DNA from: Thermovirgaceae bacterium | GTDB taxonomy: Bacteria; Synergistota; Synergistia; Synergistales; Thermovirgaceae | DNA: 64,000 bases | Direction of reading: 5' to 3' | NCBI GenBank assembly: GCA_049974925.1 | Contig: JBNGDE010000001.1 | Coordinates: forward strand, 3,502 to 67,501 | Shown: in pieces, positions 1-9,163 of the stretch | Position numbering within the stretch: the stretch's first letter is position 1 | Layout: every line of letters begins with the position of its first letter | The notes under the pieces: model-generated | Seen by the model: only the letters and a program-made list of their open reading frames with translations | What the model was told of the DNA's origin: nothing | Databases searched by the model: none | Translations under genes and position numbers: made by a program

Positions 1-848
1 GAATCCGCATGGAGGACCTTTTGGAACCCGATATTCTCAGGGAAAAGCTGACCTTCAACCTGGAATATAATAACCTGCTTTTAACCAGGATTTATGAAGA
101 GTCTCCGCTTTCTTTCGGAGACATATATGATGAGGCCCTTGCCTGGGGTGAACGGCTTGCCCCGTACATCGGCGACGGGCCGCTGGTGATTCACCGCGCC
201 CTTGAGGCCGGAGAGACGGTCTTGCTCGAGGGGGCCCAGGGAACTCTGCTCGACATTGATCACGGGACATACCCCTTTGTTACCAGCTCCAACGCCGTCG
301 GCGGCGGCGGGTGCACAGGCGCGGGTGTCGGGCCCGTGAGGATCTCTCGTATGACGGGGGTGACAAAGGCCTATTGCACACGGGTCGGGGCGGGGCCTTT
401 CCCGACGGAAGCAAAAGAAGAGGCGGGCGATCGTCTGCGGGAGCGCGGCGGCGAATATGGAGCGACCACGGGGCGTCCAAGACGGTGCGGCTGGCTCGAC
501 CTTGTTGCCTTGAAACACTCTGCACGCGTGAACGGCCTCACGGGAATCGCCCTGACAAAACTAGATGTACTCTCCGGAGAAAAGACCTTGCCCGTGTGCG
601 TCGCCTATTCTCATGAAGGGCAAAGGGAGGAAAATTTCCGGGGCGGCTATTCCTATCTCGAGAATGTGAAACCCGTTTACCGGGAGTTTCCGGGATGGGA
701 TGCAGACATCAGTGGATGCGATACATGGGAAACGCTCCCCGAGGAAGCCAGAAACTACGTTTCCTTCATCGAGGAGGAAACGGGCGTCCCTGTGGTTTTC
801 ATAGGAGTTGGGGCGAAACGGGAGCAAATGATCAGGCGCGGGCTTTAG
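1..848 (+). CDS. purA: Adenylosuccinate synthetase (5'-truncated by window edge)
   Basis: Motifs EGAQGTLLDIDHGTYPFVTSS, EYGATTGRPRRCGWLD and LTKLDVL. The frame is open to the window start. Confidence 0.97.
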   Translation, partial: IRMEDLLEPDILREKLTFNLEYNNLLLTRIYEESPLSFGDIYDEALAWGERLAPYIGDGPLVIHRALEAGETVLLEGAQGTLLDIDHGTYPFVTSSNAVGGGGCTGAGVGPVRISRMTGVTKAYCTRVGAGPFPTEAKEEAGDRLRERGGEYGATTGRPRRCGWLDLVALKHSARVNGLTGIALTKLDVLSGEKTLPVCVAYSHEGQREENFRGGYSYLENVKPVYREFPGWDADISGCDTWETLPEEARNYVSFIEEETGVPVVFIGVGAKREQMIRRGL

Positions 849-879
849 GATCAGCCGCACAAGAGCAAAGAAAAAACAA

Positions 880-907
880 AAAAGGACGGGTGAAAACCCG
901 TCCTTTT
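880..907. terminator. Bidirectional intrinsic terminator between purA and tRNA-Val
   Basis: AAAAGGACGGGT-GAAA-ACCCGTCCTTTT hairpin with A/T tracts on both sides, between convergent genes. Confidence 0.85.
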
Positions 908-913
908 ACTTTC

Positions 914-988
914 TGGTGGGCGACACAGGTTTCGAACCTGTGACCTCTTCCGTGTGAGGGAAGCGCTCTCCCGCTGAGCTAGTCGCCC
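914..988 (-). tRNA. tRNA-Val (anticodon CAC)
   Basis: The reverse complement folds as a 75-nt cloverleaf: acceptor GGGCGAC/GTCGCCC, anticodon arm CTTCC-CTCACAC-GGAAG, T arm ACAGG-TTCGAAA-CCTGT, encoded CCA end. Confidence 0.97.
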
Positions 989-999
989 CTTGCGCGGAC

Positions 1000-1028
1000 A
1001 TTATATATGGCCTTTTGTGACATTGCAA
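1000..1028 (-). promoter_or_regulatory. Sigma70-type promoter of tRNA-Val
   Basis: Minus strand TTGCAA-17 nt-TATAAT, followed by a GC-rich discriminator just upstream of the tRNA. Confidence 0.75.
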
Positions 1029-1060
1029 GGTTTAACACCCCACGACTCGAGGCCGGCAAA

Positions 1061-1099
1061 GAAAAAGAAAACCGAGAGGGAAATTTCTCCCCTCGGTTT
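1061..1099 (-). terminator. Intrinsic terminator of the small Zn-ribbon gene
   Basis: Minus strand AAACCGAGGGGA...TCCCTCTCGGTTTT followed by a T-rich tract. Confidence 0.65.
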
Positions 1100-1128
1100 A
1101 CGTATATCGCCTTCAGCGCAAAAATTCC

Positions 1129-1299
1129 TCATTTTTTCTTCGGGACGCTGAAACTCTTTGCTCCCCAGGATTTCCCCTTCAGCGGTTCACCTTCCACCAA
1201 TTCCACGAAACGGTTGAGACATTTCGGGCATTTGACGCCGGGGGCGACATCTTCCACCTTGAAAACATGAGCACAGTGGAGACATCGATAAGTCCGCAT
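1129..1299 (-). CDS. 56-aa CxxC...CPxC zinc-ribbon protein (not in the ORF track)
   Basis: Manual translation: MRTYRCLHCAHVFKVEDVAPGVKCPKCLNRFVELVEGEPLKGKSWGAKSFSVPKKK. RBS AGGAGGTG upstream, own promoter and terminator. Confidence 0.85.
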   Translation of the reverse strand: MRTYRCLHCAHVFKVEDVAPGVKCPKCLNRFVELVEGEPLKGKSWGAKSFSVPKKK

Positions 1300-1351
1300 C
1301 CAAGAACACCTCCTGTTTCATGTCGATGAGGTTGAAACCTCCATAACAAGA

Positions 1352-1380
1352 ATTATAACCCTTTCACGGGCAAGTGTCAG
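1352..1380 (-). promoter_or_regulatory. Putative sigma70 promoter of the Zn-ribbon gene
   Basis: Minus strand CTGACA-17 nt-TATAAT. Confidence 0.6.
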
Positions 1381-1400
1381 TTCCCTTTGGGCAAAGGACG

Positions 1401-1812
1401 TCACAGAAAAAGCATTTCGAAGGTCGCAGCGAAAACAAGACCCGGAAGCATGTTGATGACCTTGTCTTCTGGAGTTCGAGAACATTGAGCCAGATACTGA
1501 TTATCATCAGACCCCCGACGGCGGCGATCTCGTTGAGGACGGTTCTTGTAAGGCTCGCTCCGAGCTGCAATGCCAGGAGGGTCAGGCTGCCCTGGTAGAT
1601 GAAAAACGGGACCGCCGAGAAAAGCACCCCCGGTCCGAAGGATACCCGTAAGGGCAATCGAGGAGGCTCCGTCCATGAGCGATTCCGTCACTGAAAGGTG
1701 ATCTTCCTATAATCCTGCGAGGACGGCGGTGTGCGTGGCGATGCCAAATAGGGATTCGGCGGTGATTGCCATGATATCGACAAAGGGGAATGTCTCGAAG
1801 GATATTCGAAGT
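1401..1812 (-). pseudogene. Decayed DUF554 (YdfK-like) membrane protein gene
   Basis: DUF554-like segments lie in different frames: SLMDGASSIAL / SFGPGVLFSAVPFFIYQGSLTLLA...NEIAAVGGLMII / KVINMLPGLVFA. There is an in-frame TAG upstream and the region is too short for the full protein. The 5' boundary is approximate. Confidence 0.75.
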
Positions 1813-1878
1813 CACCGGAGAATGCCAATGGCCATACATTTTTACATGAAATCCTTGATTGGAGGATGAAGGAAGGGA

Positions 1879-2559
1879 CTAAAAAACTTTGAATGTATAG
1901 ATTAGGCTAAAGTAAAGGCCCGTTCCGGTGAGGAGTATCCCTGTCGCCAGGCGGATTTTCTCCTGGAGGGCATGCAATGAAGCGGCCGAGCTGGAAAGGG
2001 CCGAAACACCCAAAGAAAGAGACACGGCAAGGATGCTCACCGGGAGAGCCGTTCCTATCCCGAAGAGGGCGGGTAGCACCACGGAGGATCCTTCCTTTGC
2101 CGCGAGCGGAATGAGTCCGCCGAAAAACAGGGCGGCTGAAACAGGGCACAGTGCCAGGGAGAAGATGATGCCCATGAGGAACGCTCCGCCTGGTCCCCTG
2201 AAAAGGGCCTTGCTCCGGAGGCGCTTCGTGAAAGAGAAGGTCGGGAGCTCCAGGAGGTCGAGAACGAATACGCTGACGACCAAAAGGATTGGTCCAAGGA
2301 ACATGTTCATGTGACGTTGCAGTGCCATGGAGACGGATGGGATGGCCATGATCCCGTTGACGATAAAAGCACCGAGGACCGAGAAGGAGACCATTCTTCC
2401 CAAAGCGTAGGCTACGCCGGACAAAAGCACGGAACGGTTGTCGCCGCAATCCTTTTCAATGAAAGAAAAGGCTGCGATGTTGGACGCCAGGGGGCACGGG
2501 CTGACCGATGCCAGGATCCCGATCCACAGAGCTGAAAGGGACGAAAAAAGAAAGCTCAT
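1879..2559 (-). CDS. ArsG-like / CcdA-DsbD-type membrane protein
   Basis: Hydrophobic, with two intramembrane Cys-Pro motifs (SVSPCPLASNIAA and LALCPVSAALFFG). ATG at 2559 overlaps the upstream stop (ATGA). Confidence 0.8.
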   Translation of the reverse strand: MSFLFSSLSALWIGILASVSPCPLASNIAAFSFIEKDCGDNRSVLLSGVAYALGRMVSFSVLGAFIVNGIMAIPSVSMALQRHMNMFLGPILLVVSVFVLDLLELPTFSFTKRLRSKALFRGPGGAFLMGIIFSLALCPVSAALFFGGLIPLAAKEGSSVVLPALFGIGTALPVSILAVSLSLGVSALSSSAASLHALQEKIRLATGILLTGTGLYFSLIYTFKVF

Positions 2560-3050
2560 GACGCGCACCCTTTCGCGAATTCGATGATTTCCTGCCGCAG
2601 GAAATCCGAAAGCTGTTTTCTGTCTGAAGTTAGATCCCACACCTTGTCAAGACGCTTCCATCTTTCCGGATCGTGGTGGTCAGCAAGGACGATCGTGGTG
2701 GTAAAGAGCCCGTAATCCATGATGTATTTTTCGTTTCCGGGTTCTTCGACGTTGACCTTGGACCAACGAAGCGTCGGTTTTGGTCCGTCGGAAGCGGTTT
2801 GTTCAAGTGCGTAGATAACCCTGGAGGCTTCTTCCTTTATTATGTCGCAGGTGGGACATTCCGCGCTGCCGTAAAAGAAATACACTTCGATGGCGCAGGC
2901 ATTCCCAGAAGCCTCTTGATCGGTTGTGGCAATCTGTTCAGACTTTTCAGGTTCATTTCGACGGTCGTACATGTCCACAATGTCCAAGGTGGCTTTTAAA
3001 AAGCCAGCGGCGGCGAACAAGAGAAGGCTGATGCCGATCAGTCGTTTCAT
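2556..3050 (-). CDS. ArsF-like exported thioredoxin-fold protein (CxxC)
   Basis: N-terminal hydrophobic anchor, VYFFYGSAECPTC, then VNVEEPGNE...WKRLDKVW, which is the pattern of the ArsF family. Confidence 0.75.
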   Translation of the reverse strand: MKRLIGISLLLFAAAGFLKATLDIVDMYDRRNEPEKSEQIATTDQEASGNACAIEVYFFYGSAECPTCDIIKEEASRVIYALEQTASDGPKPTLRWSKVNVEEPGNEKYIMDYGLFTTTIVLADHHDPERWKRLDKVWDLTSDRKQLSDFLRQEIIEFAKGCAS

Positions 3051-3080
3051 AAGATCTCTCCCGAGTGTCTTTCAGATGGT

Positions 3081-3110
3081 TTGATGAAGATACCATAGAA
3101 GGTATATAAT
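3081..3110 (+). promoter_or_regulatory. copA promoter with CsoR-like operator
   Basis: TTGATG-18 nt-TATAAT. Inverted repeat ATACC-ATAGAA-GGTAT (3090-3105) lies in the spacer and resembles CsoR TACC-n-GGTA operators. Confidence 0.6.
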
Positions 3111-3160
3111 TTCAATATGAATATCGGTTCCATTTTACCGAGAAAGGGTGAACTAAACCC

Positions 3161-5371
3161 ATGGCGGAAAAGAAGAATACGGACATATCTGAAGTGCCCA
3201 AAAAAGAATTTGACGAAAAACGATCGCACAGGATTACTGGCATGACCTGTGCGACCTGTGCCAAAAACGTGGAAAGGGCACTTTTGAAGACAGAGGGAGT
3301 GAAATTTGCCGCTGTGAATCTGGCCACAGATACAGCTTTTGTGGTTCTGGAGAAAGACGTTCCTCACGATCGGCTTATGGATGCGGTGGAGAAAATAGGT
3401 TACGGGGTGACCACCGAATCGGAGGAAGACCTTGAGCAGAGACGTTATACCGAAGCGAGGCGGAATCTCTGGCTGGCCCTGGTGATAACAGTGCCTCTTT
3501 CGGCCCTGATGATTGCCCACATGGCCGGTTTCCATATGCCCTGGTTTGTTCTGCTGGAAGTGAGCGCAGGCGGGGTCGTCATTTTTTACGCTGGAAGGAA
3601 AACGATCAAGGGAGCCTGGATCGCCCTGACTCACTGGCACACGAACATGGATACGCTTATTTTCTTTGGGAGTGTCGCCTCATGGACGACGGCGGTCCTT
3701 AACATTTTTGGTGTTCCCGTGGCCTCCTTCGGCGCAATCGGGGCGATGATCGTCACGCTGCACGTGACGGGCAGGTATGTGGAGTCCAGGCTTCGTGACA
3801 GGGCGGCCAAGGAGGTCCGGTCACTTTTGAAACTGCAGGCCCGGGAGGCGAGAATCCGTACCGAGGCCGACGAGGACCTCAATGTCCCCATTGAAGCCGT
3901 CAAGGAGGGGTTCAGGGTGATCGTGAGACCCGGAGAGAGAATCCCCGTTGACGGTGAAGTCGCGGAAGGCAGGTCCTCCGTTGATGAATCGATGATCACC
4001 GGTGAATCCATCCCCGTCGAAAAGGAGCAGGGAGCAGAAGTGACGGGCGGATCGCTGAACCTTACGGGGCAGCTTGTCATCAAGGCGACACGTACCGGTG
4101 AAGACTCCTTCCTGTCACAGATGATTTCCCTCGTGCAGGAAGCCCAGGGGGCGAAAATCCCGATACAGGCTCTTGCGGACCGGATCACCCTCTTTTTCGT
4201 CCCCACCATCCTGGTTCTGGCGACCGGGGCGGCCCTGTTCTGGTACTTCCGGTTCGAAAGAATGGTTCCTTTCATCGAATCGGCGAGGGAGTGGCTCCCC
4301 TGGGTCCTGGAAACTGAAGGTGCCGTATCGTTCAGTGTCTTTGTCTTCGTGGCCACGCTGGTCATCGCCTGTCCCTGCGCGCTGGGCCTCGCGACTCCTA
4401 TGGCCCTGGTGGCGGGAACGGGTGCCGCCTACAGGCAGGGGCTCATTATACGGAATGCAGAGGCCATCCAGACGTCGCGAGACATCGGTGTGGTGGTCAT
4501 GGACAAGACAGGCACCCTGACGGAGGGCAGTCCCAGGGTTGTCAGCTTCAGCCTGGACCTGGAAGATCTGGGCCGTGCCGTCGCTGCCGAAGAACAGTCG
4601 AATCACCCTTTGGCAAAAGCCATCGCGGCGCTGCGGGAGACGGAAGATGTGCCCCATGCGACAATAAAGGATTTCGAGGAAACCTCCGGCGAGGGTGTCG
4701 GTTTCGTCGCGGGAGGTTCCCGGTACATCGTGGGCAAACCTGAAGACTATTCGAAATATGACCGGGACCTTGAATCCGGCAGGACTGTGGTCGAAGTGAG
4801 AAAGGACGGCGGAGTTGCCGGATGGTTCGCCATCGAGGACCCCGTCAGGGAAGATTCTGCCCGGGCCGTACAGCGGCTGAAAGAATCGGGAATAGTTCCG
4901 GTGATGGCGACGGGAGACAACGAAAGGACCGCGAAGGCCGTTGCCGCCCAGGTGGGGATAGATGGCGTGCACGCCGGGGTCAGGCCGGAGAACAAGCTCG
5001 ATATAGTAAGAGACTACCAGGCTGAAGGAAAGAAGGTTATGATGATAGGAGACGGCATGAATGACGCCGCAGCCCTCAAGGGCGCTGACATCGGGATAGC
5101 CGTCGGTTCGGGAATGGACCTCGCCATTGACAGCGCGGACGTGGTGATTGTCACCGGAGGGCTTTCAAAGGTTGTCCTTGCCGTTGCGATCTCGCGGAGG
5201 ACGTTCCGTATCATCGGACAGAACCTTTTCTGGGCCTTTTTGTACAACGTGGTGTCCATTCCTCTCGCCATGGCGGGGCTCCTGCACCCGGCCATTGCCG
5301 AAGCCGCCATGGCCTTCAGCTCGATTTCGGTGGTGCTCAATTCGATGCGAATCAAGGGAAAGGAGGCGTGA
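3161..5371 (+). CDS. copA: Cu(I)-exporting P1B-type ATPase
   Basis: GMTCATC metal-binding domain, TGES, CPCALGL, DKTGT, HP, GDGMND, and YN / MAFSS transmembrane motifs. Confidence 0.95.
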   Translation: MAEKKNTDISEVPKKEFDEKRSHRITGMTCATCAKNVERALLKTEGVKFAAVNLATDTAFVVLEKDVPHDRLMDAVEKIGYGVTTESEEDLEQRRYTEARRNLWLALVITVPLSALMIAHMAGFHMPWFVLLEVSAGGVVIFYAGRKTIKGAWIALTHWHTNMDTLIFFGSVASWTTAVLNIFGVPVASFGAIGAMIVTLHVTGRYVESRLRDRAAKEVRSLLKLQAREARIRTEADEDLNVPIEAVKEGFRVIVRPGERIPVDGEVAEGRSSVDESMITGESIPVEKEQGAEVTGGSLNLTGQLVIKATRTGEDSFLSQMISLVQEAQGAKIPIQALADRITLFFVPTILVLATGAALFWYFRFERMVPFIESAREWLPWVLETEGAVSFSVFVFVATLVIACPCALGLATPMALVAGTGAAYRQGLIIRNAEAIQTSRDIGVVVMDKTGTLTEGSPRVVSFSLDLEDLGRAVAAEEQSNHPLAKAIAALRETEDVPHATIKDFEETSGEGVGFVAGGSRYIVGKPEDYSKYDRDLESGRTVVEVRKDGGVAGWFAIEDPVREDSARAVQRLKESGIVPVMATGDNERTAKAVAAQVGIDGVHAGVRPENKLDIVRDYQAEGKKVMMIGDGMNDAAALKGADIGIAVGSGMDLAIDSADVVIVTGGLSKVVLAVAISRRTFRIIGQNLFWAFLYNVVSIPLAMAGLLHPAIAEAAMAFSSISVVLNSMRIKGKEA

Positions 5372-5377
5372 CATATT

Positions 5378-5578
5378 ATGGCCAAACTGGTTTTTGATGT
5401 GCCGGACATGTCCTGTGACCACTGCGTCAGGAATATCACCAGGGCCCTTGAGGAATCAGGGTTCAGCGATTTTTCCGTGTCCCTGGAGACCAAGACGGTC
5501 AGTCTGGAAACGGATGATCCGGAAAAAGTCCGCAAGGTCCTTGATGAAGCAGGGTATCCGGCCTCTTTAAGAGACTGA
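5378..5578 (+). CDS. copZ: Copper chaperone (HMA domain)
   Basis: 66 aa with VPDMSCDHC, directly after copA. Confidence 0.9.
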   Translation: MAKLVFDVPDMSCDHCVRNITRALEESGFSDFSVSLETKTVSLETDDPEKVRKVLDEAGYPASLRD

Positions 5579-5655
5579 GGTGCTTTGAATCGGTTCGGGA
5601 AACCTGGAGCTTGAAGGCCGGTTTTTTAAGGAAACGGTGAAGGAGGGAAGCCCGC

Positions 5656-7389
5656 ATGAATGTTCTCCCGCGGAAAGGCCATCGAGATGTGTCGCTTGTG
5701 CTCTGCGGCGCAGCCGGCCAGGGTGTGCAGACCATCGAGGAGATACTTGTGAAATCGCTTCATGACGGAGGTCTCCACGTATTCGCAAGCCGTGAATACA
5801 TGTCGAGGGTTCGCGGAGGCAACAATTCGACGGAGATCCGCATCGCCCGGGAGCCTGTCAATGCGTTTGCAGACAGGATCGACCTGCTTTTGCCGCTGAA
5901 CCGGGGCGTGAGGCGGAACATCCGTGAAAGAATCACCGGGGAAACGATCATCATCGGCGACAAGGAGGAGCTCGGCGAAGAGCTGACCGATACGGAGGGG
6001 CAATTCATTGACGTGGATCTTTTGGAGAAAGGGCGGAAGATCGGGGGGACCGTCTATGCAGGCGTCGTCGCCGCGGGGATTGTCGCGGGTCTTTTTGACA
6101 TAGACAGGTCCGTACTCTACGGGTTCTTCGAAAAACGTTTCAAAAACAGGGAGGAGATCATAGAGAAGAACAAAAAGGCCGTCGAAACCGGGTACGAAAT
6201 CGGAACGAAGTTGAAAGAAGACGGCTTGATTGAAATTTCCCTTCCCGGAAAAGGAAACAGCCGGGGCAGTGTCGTTCTCAACGGGACCGATGCGGTTTCA
6301 CTCGGAGCGGTGGCGGGTGGTTGCGATTTCGTCACTTCCTATCCGATGTCACCGGCGACGGGTGTCTTGACCTTTATGGCGAAGCATTCACACCGGTTCG
6401 GGATCGCCGTCGAACAGGCGGAAGACGAGATCGCGGCCATCAATCTGGCCCTGGGTGCATCCTATGGAGGGGCGAGACCCATGGCGACCACGTCCGGCGG
6501 GGGCCTCGCTCTCATGTCGGAGGGAGTCAGCCTGAGCGGGATCACGGAGCTCCCTGTGGTCCTTCACATCGGCCAGCGGCCGGGTCCAGCGACGGGGATG
6601 GCGACGCGAACGGAGCAGGGGGATCTCACCTTCGCGCTCCATGCAGGTCACGGCGAATTCCCGAAGGCTGTCTTCGCTCCCGGGACCCTTGAAGAGGCCT
6701 TCTATCTCACCCAACACGCCTTCAATATCGCAGCGAAATACCAGATACCTGTGTTCATCCTTACCGACCAGTATTTCCTCAACAGCTTCTATGACGTGCC
6801 TCCCTTCGAAATGAAGGACCTCGCAATCAGAAAGCATCTCGTGGAATCCACGGAAGACTACCAGAGATATGTCATTACCGACGACGGGATTTCGCCCAGA
6901 AGCGTGCCGGGTTACGGGAAGGGCATGGTTGGTACCGACAGCCATGAACACGACGCCGATGGCCACGTTCAGGAAGATTTTCACCTTCGAAAGGCCATGG
7001 TTGAAAAACGGTTCCGGAAAATGAAGGGGCTGGAGGAAGAGGCTGTTTCACCCAGTCTGATCGGGCCCGAGGACTATGAAAATCTCGTAGTTTCCTGGGG
7101 ATCGACTCGGCACATCGCCGAGGAGGCCCTCGGTGTCCTGGGTAGAAAGGATACGGCGCTTTTGCATTTTTCACAGGTATATCCTCTTCCAGCGAAAACG
7201 GTTGGGTATCTGAAACGAGCGAGGAAAGTTATCGACGTGGAAGGTAACGCCACAGCCCAGATGGCCGCACTGATCCGGCGGGAAACGGGATTTGAAATAC
7301 CGGAACGGATTCTTCACTACACGGGATTGCAGGTATCCGTGGAAGTCGTTGCCGAAGAACTCCGAAAACGCCTTTCCAGGGGGGTGTGA
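5656..7389 (+). CDS. korA: 2-oxoacid:ferredoxin oxidoreductase, fused gamma-alpha subunit
   Basis: GAAGQG, YMSRVRGG, YPMSPAT, QAEDEIAA, TTSGGG, QRPGPATG. The substrate cannot be determined from sequence. Confidence 0.9.
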   Translation: MNVLPRKGHRDVSLVLCGAAGQGVQTIEEILVKSLHDGGLHVFASREYMSRVRGGNNSTEIRIAREPVNAFADRIDLLLPLNRGVRRNIRERITGETIIIGDKEELGEELTDTEGQFIDVDLLEKGRKIGGTVYAGVVAAGIVAGLFDIDRSVLYGFFEKRFKNREEIIEKNKKAVETGYEIGTKLKEDGLIEISLPGKGNSRGSVVLNGTDAVSLGAVAGGCDFVTSYPMSPATGVLTFMAKHSHRFGIAVEQAEDEIAAINLALGASYGGARPMATTSGGGLALMSEGVSLSGITELPVVLHIGQRPGPATGMATRTEQGDLTFALHAGHGEFPKAVFAPGTLEEAFYLTQHAFNIAAKYQIPVFILTDQYFLNSFYDVPPFEMKDLAIRKHLVESTEDYQRYVITDDGISPRSVPGYGKGMVGTDSHEHDADGHVQEDFHLRKAMVEKRFRKMKGLEEEAVSPSLIGPEDYENLVVSWGSTRHIAEEALGVLGRKDTALLHFSQVYPLPAKTVGYLKRARKVIDVEGNATAQMAALIRRETGFEIPERILHYTGLQVSVEVVAEELRKRLSRGV

Positions 7390-7392
7390 CGG

Positions 7393-8256
7393 ATGGACTG
7401 GAAGATCTACGATCTTGAGGGAATAGACAATCAGTGGTGTCCGGGCTGTGGGGACTTCCAGATCATGGAAGCCCTGAAAAAGGCCCTGGCGGAGCTAGAT
7501 CTGGCTCCAAATCAGGTGGTGTTTCATTCGGGCATTGGGCAGGCCGCCAAGATGCCTCATTTTATGAAGGGGAATTTCTTCAACGGCTTGCACGGGCGGT
7601 CTATATCGAACGCGACGGGCATGAAGGCGGCCAATCCAGAGATGGTGGTCATTGCCATTGGCGGAGATGGGGACATGTACGGAGAGGGAGGAAACCATTT
7701 TCTGCACACCCTACGGCGCAATCCCGACATTACCAATATCGTCCATAACAATATGGTCTACGGGCTGACGAAAGGCCAGGCTTCACCCACCAGCCAGCTC
7801 GGGTTCAAGACTCCCGTCCAGGTCGACGGTGTCTTCGAGGAGCCTTTTAACCCGGTGGCCGTCGCCATAGCACAGGGCGCCACCTTCGTGGCCCGGAGCT
7901 TTTCCGGCTACGTTGACGAGACGAAGGAGATTATCAAGCAGGCCGTGAGGCACAAGGGATATGCCCTTGTGGATATATTCCAGAACTGCGTTTCCTTCAA
8001 CAAGGTGAACACATTCAAATGGTTTAGGGAAAACACCTATTTCCTCAAGGAGAACTACGATCCTTCTGATCGGGAGGCGGCAATGGCCAAGGCATTCGAG
8101 AAGGAACCCTATCCCTTGGGGATCCTGTACCGCGTGGACGGGAAAAAGACCTTCGAGGAAAACCTCGCCTGTTACAAAGAGGACCGCACCCCTCTTTATC
8201 GGAGGGAGCGAAGTCCTTCGGTGGTTGCGGAATACTTGAACGAGCTTTCCCGATGA
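7393..8256 (+). CDS. korB: 2-oxoacid:ferredoxin oxidoreductase beta subunit (TPP-binding)
   Basis: WCPGCGD, GGDGD...NN TPP motif, [11 protein letters not shown]. Confidence 0.9.
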   Translation: MDWKIYDLEGIDNQWCPGCGDFQIMEALKKALAELDLAPNQVVFHSGIGQAAKMPHFMKGNFFNGLHGRSISNATGMKAANPEMVVIAIGGDGDMYGEGGNHFLHTLRRNPDITNIVHNNMVYGLTKGQASPTSQLGFKTPVQVDGVFEEPFNPVAVAIAQGATFVARSFSGYVDETKEIIKQAVRHKGYALVDIFQNCVSFNKVNTFKWFRENTYFLKENYDPSDREAAMAKAFEKEPYPLGILYRVDGKKTFEENLACYKEDRTPLYRRERSPSVVAEYLNELSR

Positions 8257-8266
8257 GGTCAGCGGC

Positions 8267-8302
8267 TAAGGGCTCCGTAAAGGGATGACCGCGGAGCCCT
8301 TA
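8267..8302. terminator. Hairpin downstream of korB
   Basis: TAAGGGCTCCGT...GCGGAGCCCTTA inverted repeat with only a weak T tract. Confidence 0.55.
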
Positions 8303-8677
8303 CCAATTCCCGGTAGGGAATCTGTTCTGTCTTCCTGACGCGGTCGGCAATCGGCTGTAGCTGCCTGTAGACTTCAGGCGACGGGCCATAGAAAAACCCA
8401 GGCTTTCTTCGACCCGCCGAAGGTTCCGGCCCATAGCTGAATTCCGCGAGAATTCCCGGCAGGTTCCCTGAAATCCAGTGTCCACAAAAGATCCTTGATA
8501 AGAGCCCCGTCGGCATGAGATGTGTGTACGGTCCGGCACTTCAGCAAAAACTCTCATTGTCTCCAGTACGAACGAGAGGGCATATCCGGGAACCGAAAGC
8601 ACCTTGACCCCTGTTGTTGCAGGCATCACGGTCAACCACGCAAAAATCGTTCACCCTCTATGGATTTGCAGTATTTT

Positions 8678-9163
8678 CTATAGCCGCGTAATTCGGATGA
8701 TCGAATCGGCGGTGACCGATCCTGCCAGTTCTCGTACCGATTTTCCCAGAACCGGGTGACGCCAGTCCGGAGCGATCTGAACCAGCGGAAGAAGGACGAA
8801 GGCACGCCGGTGCATGTGAGGATGAGGAAGGATGAGGTCCTCTTCTTCCAGGACCTGGTCGTTGTAAAAAATGAGGTCAAGATCTATTTCTCTTGGTCCC
8901 CAGGTGTACCGTCGGGTGCGACCCAGTTCTTTTTCTGTGTTCAGGAGCAGCTCGAGAAGTTTTCTGGGTGCCTCTTCCGTTTCAACAAGTATGCAGGCAT
9001 TGAGAAAACGTGGCTGGTTCCTTGCGCCCCACGGAGGTGTTTCGAAAACGTCGCTTGATCCCTTGATGCTAAGACAGTGTTCTTCAAGGAGCATCACGGC
9101 CTGGCGCATGATCCCGAGGCGGTCGCCGAGATTGCTCCCAAGGGCGATTGCGGCCTGGGTCAC
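8678..9163 (-). CDS. folK: 6-hydroxymethyl-7,8-dihydropterin pyrophosphokinase
   Basis: IALGSNLGDR, WGPREIDLDL, LPHP...RAFVLLPL. GTG start overlaps the folP stop (GTGA). Confidence 0.95.
   Translation of the reverse strand: MTQAAIALGSNLGDRLGIMRQAVMLLEEHCLSIKGSSDVFETPPWGARNQPRFLNACILVETEEAPRKLLELLLNTEKELGRTRRYTWGPREIDLDLIFYNDQVLEEEDLILPHPHMHRRAFVLLPLVQIAPDWRHPVLGKSVRELAGSVTADSIIRITRL

Noticed and set aside
914-5578. Possible genomic island at tRNA-Val (pseudogene and metal-resistance genes nearby)
   Set aside because: The tRNA 3' end faces purA with only a terminator between them. I saw no integrase and no duplicated tRNA 3' end.
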